From: Escherichia phage HEMP4
Length of the DNA: 39,891 nt
Sequence record: OR424387.1
Direction: 5' to 3' (one strand)
Shown here: one piece after another, positions 25,512-34,797 of the stretch
Position numbering within the stretch: position 1 is the stretch's first letter
How the letters are laid out: the number at the start of each line of letters is the position of its first letter
The notes under the pieces: generated by a model
Databases searched by the model: none
Told to the model about the DNA's origin: nothing
Seen by the model: only the letters and a program-made list of their open reading frames with translations
Made by a program: the position numbers and the translations under genes

Positions 25512-28024
25512 TGCCAGTCGTACCAACAGTATCCGGACGTCAGGTTGAGAGCCGTGGAGTTCAGTCAGCAGGCTTGCAGACGTTTTCTCAGCCAGGTATT
25601 GGTGATGCTTTTGTTCGGGCAGGGGCAGAGGCTATTGATGTTTTTGGTCAGGCAAAACAGCGTGCCAATATCGCTCTGGCTCAGGAGGCATCTCTTAACC
25701 TCAGTCAGATAAGCAGTGATCTGCTGAATAATCCTGAAACAGGATTGCTTAACCTGAAAGGGAAAAATGCTATTGGAAAAGGCCATGAGTATACGCAGCA
25801 GTTTGATGCTCAGGTCGAACAACTGGCTATGTCGCTGCCGGATGAACAGGCTCGTAATGCTTTCATGCAGCAGGCGCAGCAGCAGCGCATTCAGTTCACT
25901 ACGCAGGCAGGGCGGCACGAGATAGGGCAAATAAATGCCTACGAAGAAGGCCAGTTTCAGGCTACGCTGCTGAACAATGGTAAAAATGCCGCAGCATTGT
26001 ATGGCGACAACGCCGCATACGTATTGGCTAATAAGCAAACTTTCCAGCAAATTGAGGATTACGGCATTGCACATGGCTGGAGTGACGAGCAAATCCAGGC
26101 CAAGAAAATCGAGTTTAAAGAAGCAACAGCAAAAGCAACTGCTCAAAATGCTATTGGAGCAAACTATCTTCAGGTAAGACAGCAAAACGGCGAGTTAAGC
26201 GATACTGCTGCTGGATCTCGCCGTGCTGTAGCAGATAGTGGCTCTTTCGATCGTACCCGCGGTATACGCAACAATAACCCCGGCAATCTTGAATACAGCA
26301 AAACTAATCCGTGGGTTGGGCAGACAGGTGATGATGGTCGCTTTGCTAAATTCGAAACACCTGAACACGGTATTCGTGCATTAGGGCGGAACCTGATGTC
26401 GTATCAGCGGCAGGGTATTGATACCGTCAGCGAGATAATTAATCGCTGGGCACCGCCCACTGATAAAAATGACACAATGTCGTATATCAAAGCAGTGTGC
26501 GAACAACTTGGCGTTTCTGCTGATGAGTCTCTCGATGCATCTAATCCGGATACCCTGAAGGCGCTTTGTGCAGCCATTATCCATCATGAAAACGGTAGCC
26601 AGCCATACAGTGATCAGCAGTTAACTGATGGTGTTAGTGCTGCGCTGGGGCTTTCTCAGCTACCGACAAAAAATAAACGTTATACCGGTGTAGCTTGGTT
26701 CGATGCTTTAAGTGAATCAGATCAGGCCAGCGTGTTGCGACAGACTGATGCACTAGCCAGACAACAGCAGGCTGAATATAAAACGATGCTCGACAGCCGG
26801 GTTCGCGATGCGACGGCTGCGTATATGCGTGGCGTTGAATTTCCTAACCCACCTGGTGAGGATGATTTTATTGCAGCTTATGGAGTCAGAGAAGGAAACC
26901 TGCGATATACCGAGTTTAAGAATACGCAGATCGCCGGACAGTATATAGGCTCTTTCCGCAACATGCCGACAAGCAGCATTACAGCATATGTTGAGCAATT
27001 ACGCCCGGATACTGGTGATACAGGGGAGGGGTATGCGGCACGCGCAGCTCTTTATGACAACGTTGTTTCGGCTGCAAATCAGGTGATAAAGCAGCGGCAG
27101 TCGGATCCTGTGCAGTTCTCTCTTGCCTCCGGACAGGCAAAGCCTATCGACATGAGCAATAAGGATAACTTTGGACAGAGCGTTGCCTTGCGTGCCGCTC
27201 AGGTCAGTGACCTTGCTAAGTCATATGGCACTCCACTGACGTTCTTTTCCAAAGACGAGGCCAATCAGATCGGTGTTTTCTTTCGTGATGCTCCAGTTTC
27301 CCAACAGGCAGCATATCTCGATACCATCAGGCAGAGCACTGGTGGTGGGCAGGTGTATATGTCAGCACTACAGCAGATCAGTGCCAACGCTCCATCTGCT
27401 GCCGTTGCCGGGATACTGATGGATAAGCCTGGTGGTATTTTGGCAGAAAAAAACTGGTTTAATCCGGATGTTTCCGTGTCTCCTGAAACCGCTGCGCAGA
27501 CAATTCTTGCTGGCGCGGCGGCTCGTAAAGGTACTGATGATGCGAAAGGTATTCCGATGCCTAAAGATGCTGATCTTCGCCTTGAGTTTTCTGACATGGT
27601 GAAGGATGCATTTGCTGGTGACGCTCAGGGGGCATCAATGGCATACGAGATCGCAAAGGATTATTACGCTGGTGTGATGGCGAAAAAAGGCGTGGTATCA
27701 GGCGAAATTGACAATGATGTCTGGAAACAGGCTGTTAACGTAGCTACAGGTGGCGTGCATGACTATAACGGAATGGGGAATGTCCTTTTGCCGTGGGGAA
27801 TGTCTGCAGAGCAATTCGATAAGCAGGTTAATCAGGCTTGGAATGAACAAGTTGTCGGCTCTGGGATAAAAACACCGCCTGGTCAGTATGGTTTGCAAAG
27901 TTACGGCGATAGTCAGTACCTGGTGAAACTTGGTACTGGTTATCTGCTGAAAGATGATGGTTCTCCCGTTGTTCTTAATCTGACACAGAAGCGTCAGAGA
28001 TTCTCCGGAGATATTCCGCAATGA
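25511..28024 (+). CDS. Large internal virion / ejection protein (837 aa)
   Basis: ATG after GGAGGA SD (ORF track 25436..28024 trimmed); position and size analogous to podovirus core proteins. Confidence 0.5.
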   Translation: MPVVPTVSGRQVESRGVQSAGLQTFSQPGIGDAFVRAGAEAIDVFGQAKQRANIALAQEASLNLSQISSDLLNNPETGLLNLKGKNAIGKGHEYTQQFDAQVEQLAMSLPDEQARNAFMQQAQQQRIQFTTQAGRHEIGQINAYEEGQFQATLLNNGKNAAALYGDNAAYVLANKQTFQQIEDYGIAHGWSDEQIQAKKIEFKEATAKATAQNAIGANYLQVRQQNGELSDTAAGSRRAVADSGSFDRTRGIRNNNPGNLEYSKTNPWVGQTGDDGRFAKFETPEHGIRALGRNLMSYQRQGIDTVSEIINRWAPPTDKNDTMSYIKAVCEQLGVSADESLDASNPDTLKALCAAIIHHENGSQPYSDQQLTDGVSAALGLSQLPTKNKRYTGVAWFDALSESDQASVLRQTDALARQQQAEYKTMLDSRVRDATAAYMRGVEFPNPPGEDDFIAAYGVREGNLRYTEFKNTQIAGQYIGSFRNMPTSSITAYVEQLRPDTGDTGEGYAARAALYDNVVSAANQVIKQRQSDPVQFSLASGQAKPIDMSNKDNFGQSVALRAAQVSDLAKSYGTPLTFFSKDEANQIGVFFRDAPVSQQAAYLDTIRQSTGGGQVYMSALQQISANAPSAAVAGILMDKPGGILAEKNWFNPDVSVSPETAAQTILAGAAARKGTDDAKGIPMPKDADLRLEFSDMVKDAFAGDAQGASMAYEIAKDYYAGVMAKKGVVSGEIDNDVWKQAVNVATGGVHDYNGMGNVLLPWGMSAEQFDKQVNQAWNEQVVGSGIKTPPGQYGLQSYGDSQYLVKLGTGYLLKDDGSPVVLNLTQKRQRFSGDIPQ

Positions 28025-29823
28025 GTTACTTTGGCCTTAATCCAGTAAACCAGAATCAGCAGCTTGACGAAGCAGCATCAAATCCAGCTGGCTTTAACAG
28101 CGATGTTGGTTTTTTCGACAATGCTGTAGGAGCGGCATTGTCTGGTTTGTACTCCGGGCTGGTGGCAAAGCCAGATCAGTTGCTATGGGCAGGGATGGAT
28201 AAAATCGTATCCCCGATTGCTCAGTTTGTTAACGAAAACACCTCGCTCAATGATACTTCAGTTTCATACATTGCCGAGCAGAGAAAACTAGCAGAGCAGC
28301 AGGTTAAGCGGCTGACGCCTGATGCCGCGACAACCGGAACCGCTGGGCAGGTTCTTTATGGGTTGTTCGATATGGGCGGGCAGGCTGTTGTCGGTACAAC
28401 GCTCGGTGGTCCTGTCGGAGGTGCAGCGGCGGTAACTTCGCTACAGGGTTTTTCTGAGTTTGAACGGCTGACAGCACAGGGTGTTGATTTCAGGACGGCG
28501 CAGGAAGCGGGATTAGTGCAGGGCATTACTGCTGGTGCCGGAACGCTGATCCCTATGAGCCTCGGGTTACGTGCTGGTGGTGCGCTGGCGGAAGGTGTGG
28601 CGGCTCAGCTTGCGCGGACGGGTGAGAGTTCAGTGCGACGCGCCGCAGCAACAGCAGTACGTGCAACGCCAGATATTGCCTATGCCGCAGGTACAAATAT
28701 TGCGTTCGGTATGGCACAGCGTGGGCTTACTGCAAAAACACTTCGTGATGGTGGCTATAGCGAAATGGCTAACCAGTATGATGTGTTGGATCGACAGGCA
28801 ATTGCTATTGATGCTGTTCTTGGGGTGGCGTTTGGTGGTGTCGGCAGATTTATTAACTCTCGCGGCGAGTCTACAAACGCACCAAATTTTTCACCAGTTG
28901 ATATCGATGCTGCACTGGCGGCGAATGCCGCTCATCATGCTGAAATTGATATTGCGCCCGGCGTGCCGATCAACGTGCTTTCGCGCAATTCTCACATTCA
29001 GGCTCTGCGAAAAGCTATGTCTGATGTTAGCCAGGGGAGACCTGTAGACGTTGCCAGCATTGTTGAGTCTGCATCTTTCAGTGAAATTCCTGGGCGCAAG
29101 AGTCTGCTGTCTCAGGCAGTTAATGAGGCTCTGTCATCTGTAGATGATGGAGTAACGGCGCGCGCTATAGAAAATCGGTTGCTTGAAGAACAGGCCGCGC
29201 AGCTTTTGCCGCGTGGAGATAGACAGGTTTACCAGTCTGAAATCGCTAATAGCCAACGAATTATTGAAAATCTCACTGAACAGCGTGCACAAATTCTTGC
29301 AGAAGAGCCAACCGGTAGCGGTAAAGCTTTGTCTCGTGCTCGATCAGATAAACAGGCCAGACTTCGCGATATTGATCAACGAATCCGGCAGGCACAAGAA
29401 CGCCTGGAATTTTCCCGTAACGCGTTGGCACCGCACGAGCCTGGCGGTCAGTTTTTTGAAGCTCGAGCAGAACTGGCTCGGAGACAGCAGGCAGAAAGTG
29501 AACTTAATGCTCAGGCTGTTTCATTCTATAAAACAGCAGAGGTCAGGACGCCAGACGAAGTAGCTCCTTTTGAGCCTGATAAAATATTGCAACAGGCAGA
29601 ACAAAAAATGATGTCAGATCAGGCAGGAGATATTGATCTGCGCATAGCTGAAGACTCGCTGCTTGAATCACCTGACATGATAATCACCGTGCTGGATGAT
29701 GATGGTAATCCACAATCGCGCAGTGCGCGTGAAGTACTGGATGAAGCGAACAGGGAAAGTGAGCAGGCAATACAGGATTCCAGCCTGTTTGATGTTGCTG
29801 TGGCGTGTTTCTTGAGAGGTTAA
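28021..29823 (+). CDS. Large internal virion / ejection protein (600 aa)
   Basis: Overlapping start/stop with neighbours; Ala/Gly-rich. Confidence 0.5.
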   Translation: MSYFGLNPVNQNQQLDEAASNPAGFNSDVGFFDNAVGAALSGLYSGLVAKPDQLLWAGMDKIVSPIAQFVNENTSLNDTSVSYIAEQRKLAEQQVKRLTPDAATTGTAGQVLYGLFDMGGQAVVGTTLGGPVGGAAAVTSLQGFSEFERLTAQGVDFRTAQEAGLVQGITAGAGTLIPMSLGLRAGGALAEGVAAQLARTGESSVRRAAATAVRATPDIAYAAGTNIAFGMAQRGLTAKTLRDGGYSEMANQYDVLDRQAIAIDAVLGVAFGGVGRFINSRGESTNAPNFSPVDIDAALAANAAHHAEIDIAPGVPINVLSRNSHIQALRKAMSDVSQGRPVDVASIVESASFSEIPGRKSLLSQAVNEALSSVDDGVTARAIENRLLEEQAAQLLPRGDRQVYQSEIANSQRIIENLTEQRAQILAEEPTGSGKALSRARSDKQARLRDIDQRIRQAQERLEFSRNALAPHEPGGQFFEARAELARRQQAESELNAQAVSFYKTAEVRTPDEVAPFEPDKILQQAEQKMMSDQAGDIDLRIAEDSLLESPDMIITVLDDDGNPQSRSAREVLDEANRESEQAIQDSSLFDVAVACFLRG

Positions 29824-29828
29824 ATTAA

Positions 29829-32303
29829 ATGAGACAGGAATGTATACAAGCGGTCCAGCAGGCGGCGCAGCGCACGTTAACGGCGCGAGAAATACAGAAC
29901 ATTGAAGACCGCATTTATCGAAATATGCGCTCCATTGCTCGTGATGACCCGATGTCGTGGCGACAACTTTCCGAATCAGAACGGTTGTATCGTGCAGCAC
30001 AATTGGCATCTGAAGAATTACAGCGAGAAGCGGCATTAAAGAAACGTCGTGTGGCCCTCACTATAGCCGCACGTCAGAGATTGGATAAATTTATCAATAG
30101 CTATCAAGGGGCTGATGGGAAACTTGGCGCTCTTAACCGTACTATTGCTTTTAATGCAGACGGTAAATCGAATTTCCTCTCTGTTGAATCCAGAACAAAA
30201 GCCACCCGTGATTATGCATTGAGTCAATTGCAGGAGGCATTCGAAGCAGTTGATCCTCGCTTTTTTGGTCTGTTTGAAGATGAAGCGGGCGTACGTGACC
30301 TGATATATGAAATGCGGGGGCAAAATACTGGCAATGCTAAAGCAAGAAAAGGTGCTAAGGCGTGGAGAGAAGTTACAGAGCTGCTGCGCCGCCGGTTTAA
30401 TGATGCTGGTGGGGACATTGGCTATCTCGAAAACTGGGGGATCCCTCAACATCATTCTATGGAAAAGGTTGGGGCGGTATCAAAAGATAAATGGGTTAGC
30501 GATGTTATAGGTAAGCTGGATCGCAAATATTATACCCGAGCCGATGGACAACTGATGAACGATGCCGAGTTGTCTGCATTTCTTGGAGAGGCTTATAACA
30601 CGATCGCTACTGGTGGGCTGAATAAGCTTACTGATACCGGAATGCGAATTTCCGGCGCACGTGCTAACCGTGGTAATGCATCACGACAGATACATTTCAA
30701 AGATGCAGATTCCTATCTGCAATATCAGCAACTTTATGGCGATCGCTCTCTATGGGAAATCATGGTCGGTCACCTGGAAGGTATCAGTAAAGATATTGCA
30801 CTGGTGGAAACATATGGTCCAAACCCCGATCATGTTTTCCGCTCTCTTCTTGATCAGGTGAAGGCAGAAACGGCAACAGCTAACCCGAGTAAAACCGGTA
30901 AAGTCGAGCGGCTGGCGAACAACACAGAGAATCTGTACAACTTTATTTCCGGAAAGACACAGCCTGTAGCGAATCCGCACATCGCGCGATGGTCTGACAA
31001 TATCCGCAACTGGCTGGTTGCCAGCAGACTCGGATCCGCGTTGCTGTCATCGTTCTCTGATCTTGGAACCATGTATCTGTCTGCGAAGGTTACCAACCTT
31101 CCAATGAACCAGTTATTCCGCAACCAGCTTGAAGCTATGGACCCAACGAACCGTACAGAACTTGCGCGGGCGCGCCGCGCTGGTCTGGCGATGGAATCTC
31201 TACTTGGCAGCGTTAACCGCTGGGCGATGGATAATATGGGGCCGTCTGTGTCTCGTTGGGCTGCAACGGCGGTAATGCGTGCCAGTGGGCTTACAGCATG
31301 GTCAGATGCGCACAAGCGCGCCTATGGCGTAACCATGATGGGAAGCCTGGGAGAAGTAGTGTCACGGACACCAGACCTTCGTCGCCTCGATGACTCTGAT
31401 TTTCGTATCCTGAAAAGCAAAGGGATTACTGACACAGACTGGAGCGTATGGAAGTTGGCGCAACAGGAGGACTGGGGGAACGGTAATAATACGATGCTGA
31501 CACCGGAAAGCATTATGCGTATCCCTGATTCAGCAGTTAAACATCTTGGTGAGCCTGAACGCGTGAAATTTGAGGCAATGCGTAAACTGCTCGGTGCCGT
31601 AACTGAAGAAGTTGATATGGCTGTTATTACACCGGGAGCACGTGAGCAACTGATAACCGGTTCTGGTATTCAGCGTGGAACATGGAAAGGTGAATTAACG
31701 AGAAGTGTTTTCCTGTTTAAATCGTTCCCTATCTCGGTTGTTATGCGTCACTGGTCACGCGCTATGGGTATGCCGTCTGCTGGTGGGCGTGCGGCATATA
31801 TTGCGACGTTTATTGCCAGTACGACCATTCTTGGCGCTTTGTCGCAACAACTTAACGACCTTGCGTCTGGTCGTAATCCTCGAGAGATGACAGGAGAAGA
31901 TGCTGCTAAATTTTGGCTTGGTGCTCTACTGAAAGGTGGTGGTCTTGGCCTTTACGGTGACTTTTTATTGTCAGATCACACTAGGTACGGGAGCGGCGCG
32001 CTGGCGTCGATGCTTGGCCCGGTAGCTGGTCTGGTTGATGACGTAGTGAAGATAGCTCAGGGCATACCGCTAAATGCTGTGGAAGGGAAGAGTGAGCAGA
32101 CTGGTGGTGATCTGGTGAAGCTGGGGAAAGGTTTGATGCCAGGTGCGAATCTCTGGTACTTGAAGGCGGCTCTCGATCACATGATCTTTAATCAGATGCA
32201 GGAGTATTTTTCACCAGGCTATTTGCGTAAAATGGAGCAACGTTCGAAGAAAGAGTTTAACCAGACATACTGGTGGCGACCTCAGGATGTCACTCCGCAA
32301 TAA
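29829..32303 (+). CDS. Large internal virion / ejection protein (824 aa)
   Basis: Large ORF completing structural operon. Confidence 0.5.
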   Translation: MRQECIQAVQQAAQRTLTAREIQNIEDRIYRNMRSIARDDPMSWRQLSESERLYRAAQLASEELQREAALKKRRVALTIAARQRLDKFINSYQGADGKLGALNRTIAFNADGKSNFLSVESRTKATRDYALSQLQEAFEAVDPRFFGLFEDEAGVRDLIYEMRGQNTGNAKARKGAKAWREVTELLRRRFNDAGGDIGYLENWGIPQHHSMEKVGAVSKDKWVSDVIGKLDRKYYTRADGQLMNDAELSAFLGEAYNTIATGGLNKLTDTGMRISGARANRGNASRQIHFKDADSYLQYQQLYGDRSLWEIMVGHLEGISKDIALVETYGPNPDHVFRSLLDQVKAETATANPSKTGKVERLANNTENLYNFISGKTQPVANPHIARWSDNIRNWLVASRLGSALLSSFSDLGTMYLSAKVTNLPMNQLFRNQLEAMDPTNRTELARARRAGLAMESLLGSVNRWAMDNMGPSVSRWAATAVMRASGLTAWSDAHKRAYGVTMMGSLGEVVSRTPDLRRLDDSDFRILKSKGITDTDWSVWKLAQQEDWGNGNNTMLTPESIMRIPDSAVKHLGEPERVKFEAMRKLLGAVTEEVDMAVITPGAREQLITGSGIQRGTWKGELTRSVFLFKSFPISVVMRHWSRAMGMPSAGGRAAYIATFIASTTILGALSQQLNDLASGRNPREMTGEDAAKFWLGALLKGGGLGLYGDFLLSDHTRYGSGALASMLGPVAGLVDDVVKIAQGIPLNAVEGKSEQTGGDLVKLGKGLMPGANLWYLKAALDHMIFNQMQEYFSPGYLRKMEQRSKKEFNQTYWWRPQDVTPQ

Positions 32304-32312
32304 GGAAGTGTT

Positions 32313-32486
32313 GTGTTTTTAATTATTTTGAGTGTGATAATTTCTGGTGGATTGTTATTTATTGACCGCTACAAATATTTTCTTAACCCTCAGACTCAAG
32401 CTATTTGCTGGTTCATCTTTGTTGTGCAGGGAGTAGTTCTTGTTGCAAGCCTTATTGAGGGGAGGCCTCTTATTTTTACTGGGTAA
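32313..32486 (+). CDS. Small hydrophobic protein (57 aa), putative membrane protein
   Basis: Hand-translated from GTG 32313 (AAGGA SD 6 nt upstream): MFLIILSVIISGGLLFIDRYKYFLNPQTQAICWFIFVVQGVVLVASLIEGRPLIFTG; below ORF-track cutoff. Confidence 0.3.
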   Translation: MFLIILSVIISGGLLFIDRYKYFLNPQTQAICWFIFVVQGVVLVASLIEGRPLIFTG

Positions 32487-32498
32487 ATAGGTGACTAC

Positions 32499-32795
32499 AT
32501 GCAAGCTATAGGATTCATTGTTTATATCGTCGTTGGTCTTTTTCAGTTGGCAGCAATTATGGCTGGGCTTGAATCATGGTGGGGATTGCACTGGATAATT
32601 GCAGCCCCCATTGCTTTCATCGTGAGCTATATTCCATTTGTTGGAGCGATTGTTGGTATGGTTGGCGCTGTGGATGTATGGCGGTGGGAGTGGTGGCAGG
32701 CTGGCCTTCTCTTCTTTGGTGGGATCATCTTTGCTATTGTCTGCGGTGGAATGTCATCATTTTTCGAATGGCTATCATTCAGAAAAGGGACGTGA
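32499..32795 (+). CDS. Small integral membrane protein (98 aa, about 3 TM segments)
   Basis: Highly hydrophobic; AGGTGA SD; stop codon inside GTGACATGTCAC palindrome, then terminator. Confidence 0.5.
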   Translation: MQAIGFIVYIVVGLFQLAAIMAGLESWWGLHWIIAAPIAFIVSYIPFVGAIVGMVGAVDVWRWEWWQAGLLFFGGIIFAIVCGGMSSFFEWLSFRKGT

Positions 32796-32803
32796 CATGT
32801 CAC
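32792..32803. promoter_or_regulatory. Palindrome GTGACATGTCAC, copy 3
   Basis: Perfect 12-bp palindrome overlapping TGA stop, directly followed by terminator. Confidence 0.5.
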
Positions 32804-32804
32804 A

Positions 32805-32828
32805 GGCCGCTTTCGCGGCCTTGTTTTT
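32805..32828 (+). terminator. Rho-independent terminator
   Basis: GGCCGC-tttc-GCGGCC followed by TTGTTTTT. Confidence 0.7.
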
Positions 32829-33054
32829 AACGAATGCCACCGCCGCCCGGGCGGGAATCCGCAGAACGCCCACCGCAGCGGGAGCCGTCAGCGGCAGTGT
32901 CGCTGTCGTGCTGACAACGACCGGCAAAGGCCTGAGTTGAAGCTACCAGAGACAACAAAACGAACAGTGCAGCAAATGCTTTTTTCATTGTGAAATTTCC
33001 ATCTATAAGCCACCTCAATGTGGCGTCAATGAGTGTAGCACTGACTTTTGTTTC

Positions 33055-33083
33055 GTCCACAAAAAAGCCCGCAGCGCGGGCTA
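33055..33083 (-). terminator. Rho-independent terminator for moron cassette
   Basis: On minus strand TAG-CCCGC-gct-GCGGGC followed by TTTTTT; stop codon embedded in stem. Confidence 0.7.
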
Positions 33084-33521
33084 TTCTTCTTCATCATTAA
33101 AAAGCGGATTGTTGTTTCCATCTGATGAAAGGAAAGGTATGTGTTCTCTTGAAAATCCAACAATGACAATTTCATTATCATTTTTTGCATAATGAATGCA
33201 TTCATTAGAATGCCTTCCGCTAGGGTTGAAATTTAAGTTAATGGTATAATTCTTAAATGTGTTTGGATACCATGTTGGCCCACAATGATAATGCCAATAA
33301 TTCTCTTGCTCATAATTGTCTGAGCCGGGAATTTTATCATGGTTATCATCAACCCATGAGGGCTTGTTTTTTCCAACAAGCGCCCTTCCATTGGCAACAT
33401 CCTCTAAAAAACTTTGTATGATTTTTATTTCATCATCAGTAAGGAAAGGTCCGTCTACAGCGAAAGGGGTGTTGCTTTCCCCATGTAGAAAACTATTAGA
33501 TATTCTAATGTTAAACTTCAA
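33081..33521 (-). CDS. Hypothetical moron protein B (146 aa), AT-rich, acidic C-terminus, probable TTG start
   Basis: ORF track 33081..33662; no in-frame ATG after upstream gene stop; TTG at 33521 sits 7 nt after AGGAG; Asn/Asp/Glu-rich with HYHCGP and C-terminal NDEEE. Confidence 0.5.
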   Translation of the reverse strand: MKFNIRISNSFLHGESNTPFAVDGPFLTDDEIKIIQSFLEDVANGRALVGKNKPSWVDDNHDKIPGSDNYEQENYWHYHCGPTWYPNTFKNYTINLNFNPSGRHSNECIHYAKNDNEIVIVGFSREHIPFLSSDGNNNPLFNDEEE

Positions 33522-33541
33522 GGAAAACTCCTGATGTGCTT

Positions 33542-33709
33542 CTATTTGGAGCGAAATGCCGCCTTGAAGTCGCTGAAAGATGTTCCTGTCTGGTAAACCA
33601 TATCCTTGTCGCGCTCTTTGCTTGCGCGGCCAAGCATAACTTTTCCAATGACATCCCAGCATTGCTTGGCTTGTTCATTGTGCTGAGTACGATTTTTCAA
33701 CGCTGTCAT
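33542..33709 (-). CDS. Hypothetical small moron protein A (55 aa)
   Basis: Hand-translated MTALKNRTQHNEQAKQCWDVIGKVMLGRASKERDKDMVYQTGTSFSDFKAAFRSK; GGAGG SD 6 nt upstream; operator-like site just upstream. Confidence 0.4.
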   Translation of the reverse strand: MTALKNRTQHNEQAKQCWDVIGKVMLGRASKERDKDMVYQTGTSFSDFKAAFRSK

Positions 33710-33721
33710 ATCGCGCCTCCT

Positions 33722-33736
33722 TTACCTTTAAGGTAA
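33722..33736. promoter_or_regulatory. Operator-like palindrome TTACC-N5-GGTAA upstream of moron cassette
   Basis: ttacctttaaggtaa, perfect, followed by TATTAC. Confidence 0.5.
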
Positions 33737-33779
33737 TATTACGCGAATCTACATCACATCGCCAATGATTATTTTAAAG

Positions 33780-34045
33780 GCACATCCCTGTGCCGCCGCC
33801 CGTCAGAAGAACCCAGCCTTGTCGTTGATGTACTCCGCGTGGGTCTGGATATCACGCAGGCATTTGCTCACACCGACGATGTAGCAGAACATGGTGGTCA
33901 GCTCCGCCGCCGCGCCCGATACGTCGTGCCCGTCTTCCTGTAACTGGTTCAGCAGATTCATCAGCAGTGAGTTCTCCGTCAGGCCGAGAACACCAGACGG
34001 CGAATGAATCAGGCTACGGTAGCCGGGCTTCAGTGGGGCACTGTA
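33780..34045. repeat. Internal direct repeat copy B (matches 1578..1842)
   Basis: Same as copy A. Confidence 0.85.
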
Positions 34046-34513
34046 GGTTTTGTTCTCTATCTTCATCGCCTGCATTACTGCTGACGCCGTGGCGTTGGCT
34101 ACCTGGTCGGCAACCATCTTTATGCGTTCTTCCTGCGGGAGCGAGTTTTTAATGTAACTTCCGGTGCGGCGGATCTGAGGAAGAACCTCACCTGTAACCC
34201 ATTTACGAAAGCGGTAGGGGATAGTGCCTGGTGTCACTGCGTCGCGGCAGCGGAGGATCAGTGTGTAGAGGCCTGACTCGGAGATGATGTTGATCTCTTT
34301 TACTCGGCTGTCAAAAATTGCACGATGTTCATGCCCTATGTTGAACATAGACCTTTCATCATCATCCAGTTTTTCAAGTGCTTGGGTGACGTTTTGGATG
34401 CGCAGCGCACTACAAACGTCTTGGGCTACAAACCATGGTTGGCCATCGATAATGATGGAACGGATAGGGTTAACAGATTCAAATTTGAAGATGGCAGTTT
34501 GAGCATTAGCCAT
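33803..34513 (-). CDS. Bro-N domain antirepressor-like protein with shared C-terminal domain
   Basis: ATG at 34513 (ORF track GTG 34528); N-terminal AIFKFESVNPIRSIIIDGQPWFVAQDVCSAL is classic Bro-N; C-terminal 80 aa identical to C-terminus of 1600..2256 gene. Confidence 0.75.
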   Translation of the reverse strand: MANAQTAIFKFESVNPIRSIIIDGQPWFVAQDVCSALRIQNVTQALEKLDDDERSMFNIGHEHRAIFDSRVKEINIISESGLYTLILRCRDAVTPGTIPYRFRKWVTGEVLPQIRRTGSYIKNSLPQEERIKMVADQVANATASAVMQAMKIENKTYSAPLKPGYRSLIHSPSGVLGLTENSLLMNLLNQLQEDGHDVSGAAAELTTMFCYIVGVSKCLRDIQTHAEYINDKAGFF

Positions 34514-34667
34514 GGTGGTTATCTCCACTTAGTGATTTTAATCACCACCGCAACGCCAATTACTGGTGGTGAACTGGACAAGGTTGGCGTACCGGCCTAA
34601 GTGGTACCGGCGTCCTTTCGGACCCCTGCCCAGCCCACCATAATTCGGATATAGCTGTGCTTAACGC

Positions 34668-34780
34668 ATAAAAAAACCACGTCTGGCGTGGTATGCGCCA
34701 CTTAGTAACTCGGGACGCCAATCCCGGCACTGGATTTTGCCAGTGCCTGATTACTATGGCACAAGAGGAGTGCGATGTAA
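34668..34780 (-). ncRNA. Candidate structured small RNA or leader upstream of Bro-N gene
   Basis: Minus-strand noncoding segment with stem-loops GGCACTGG-caaaat-CCAGTGCC and CGGGA-ttggcg-TCCCG, ending in terminator ACCACG-ccaga-CGTGGT plus U7; begins just downstream of operator-like site. Confidence 0.3.
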
Positions 34781-34782
34781 AT

Positions 34783-34797
34783 TTACCGCAAAGGTAA
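34783..34797. promoter_or_regulatory. Operator-like palindrome TTACC-N5-GGTAA
   Basis: ttaccgcaaaggtaa, perfect. Confidence 0.5.

Noticed and set aside
28571-29047. 158-aa plus-strand alternative-frame ORF
   Set aside because: Embedded in a different frame of the 28021..29823 gene; Arg/Leu/Trp-rich shadow frame.
32797-32988. Overlapping small ORFs on both strands (plus 32797..32940; minus 32827..32988 with signal-peptide-like N-terminus MKKAFAALFVLLSLVASTQAFA)
   Set aside because: Both overlap the terminator at 32805..32828, lack convincing RBS, and the predicted mature peptide is low-complexity; kept only as a weak possibility.
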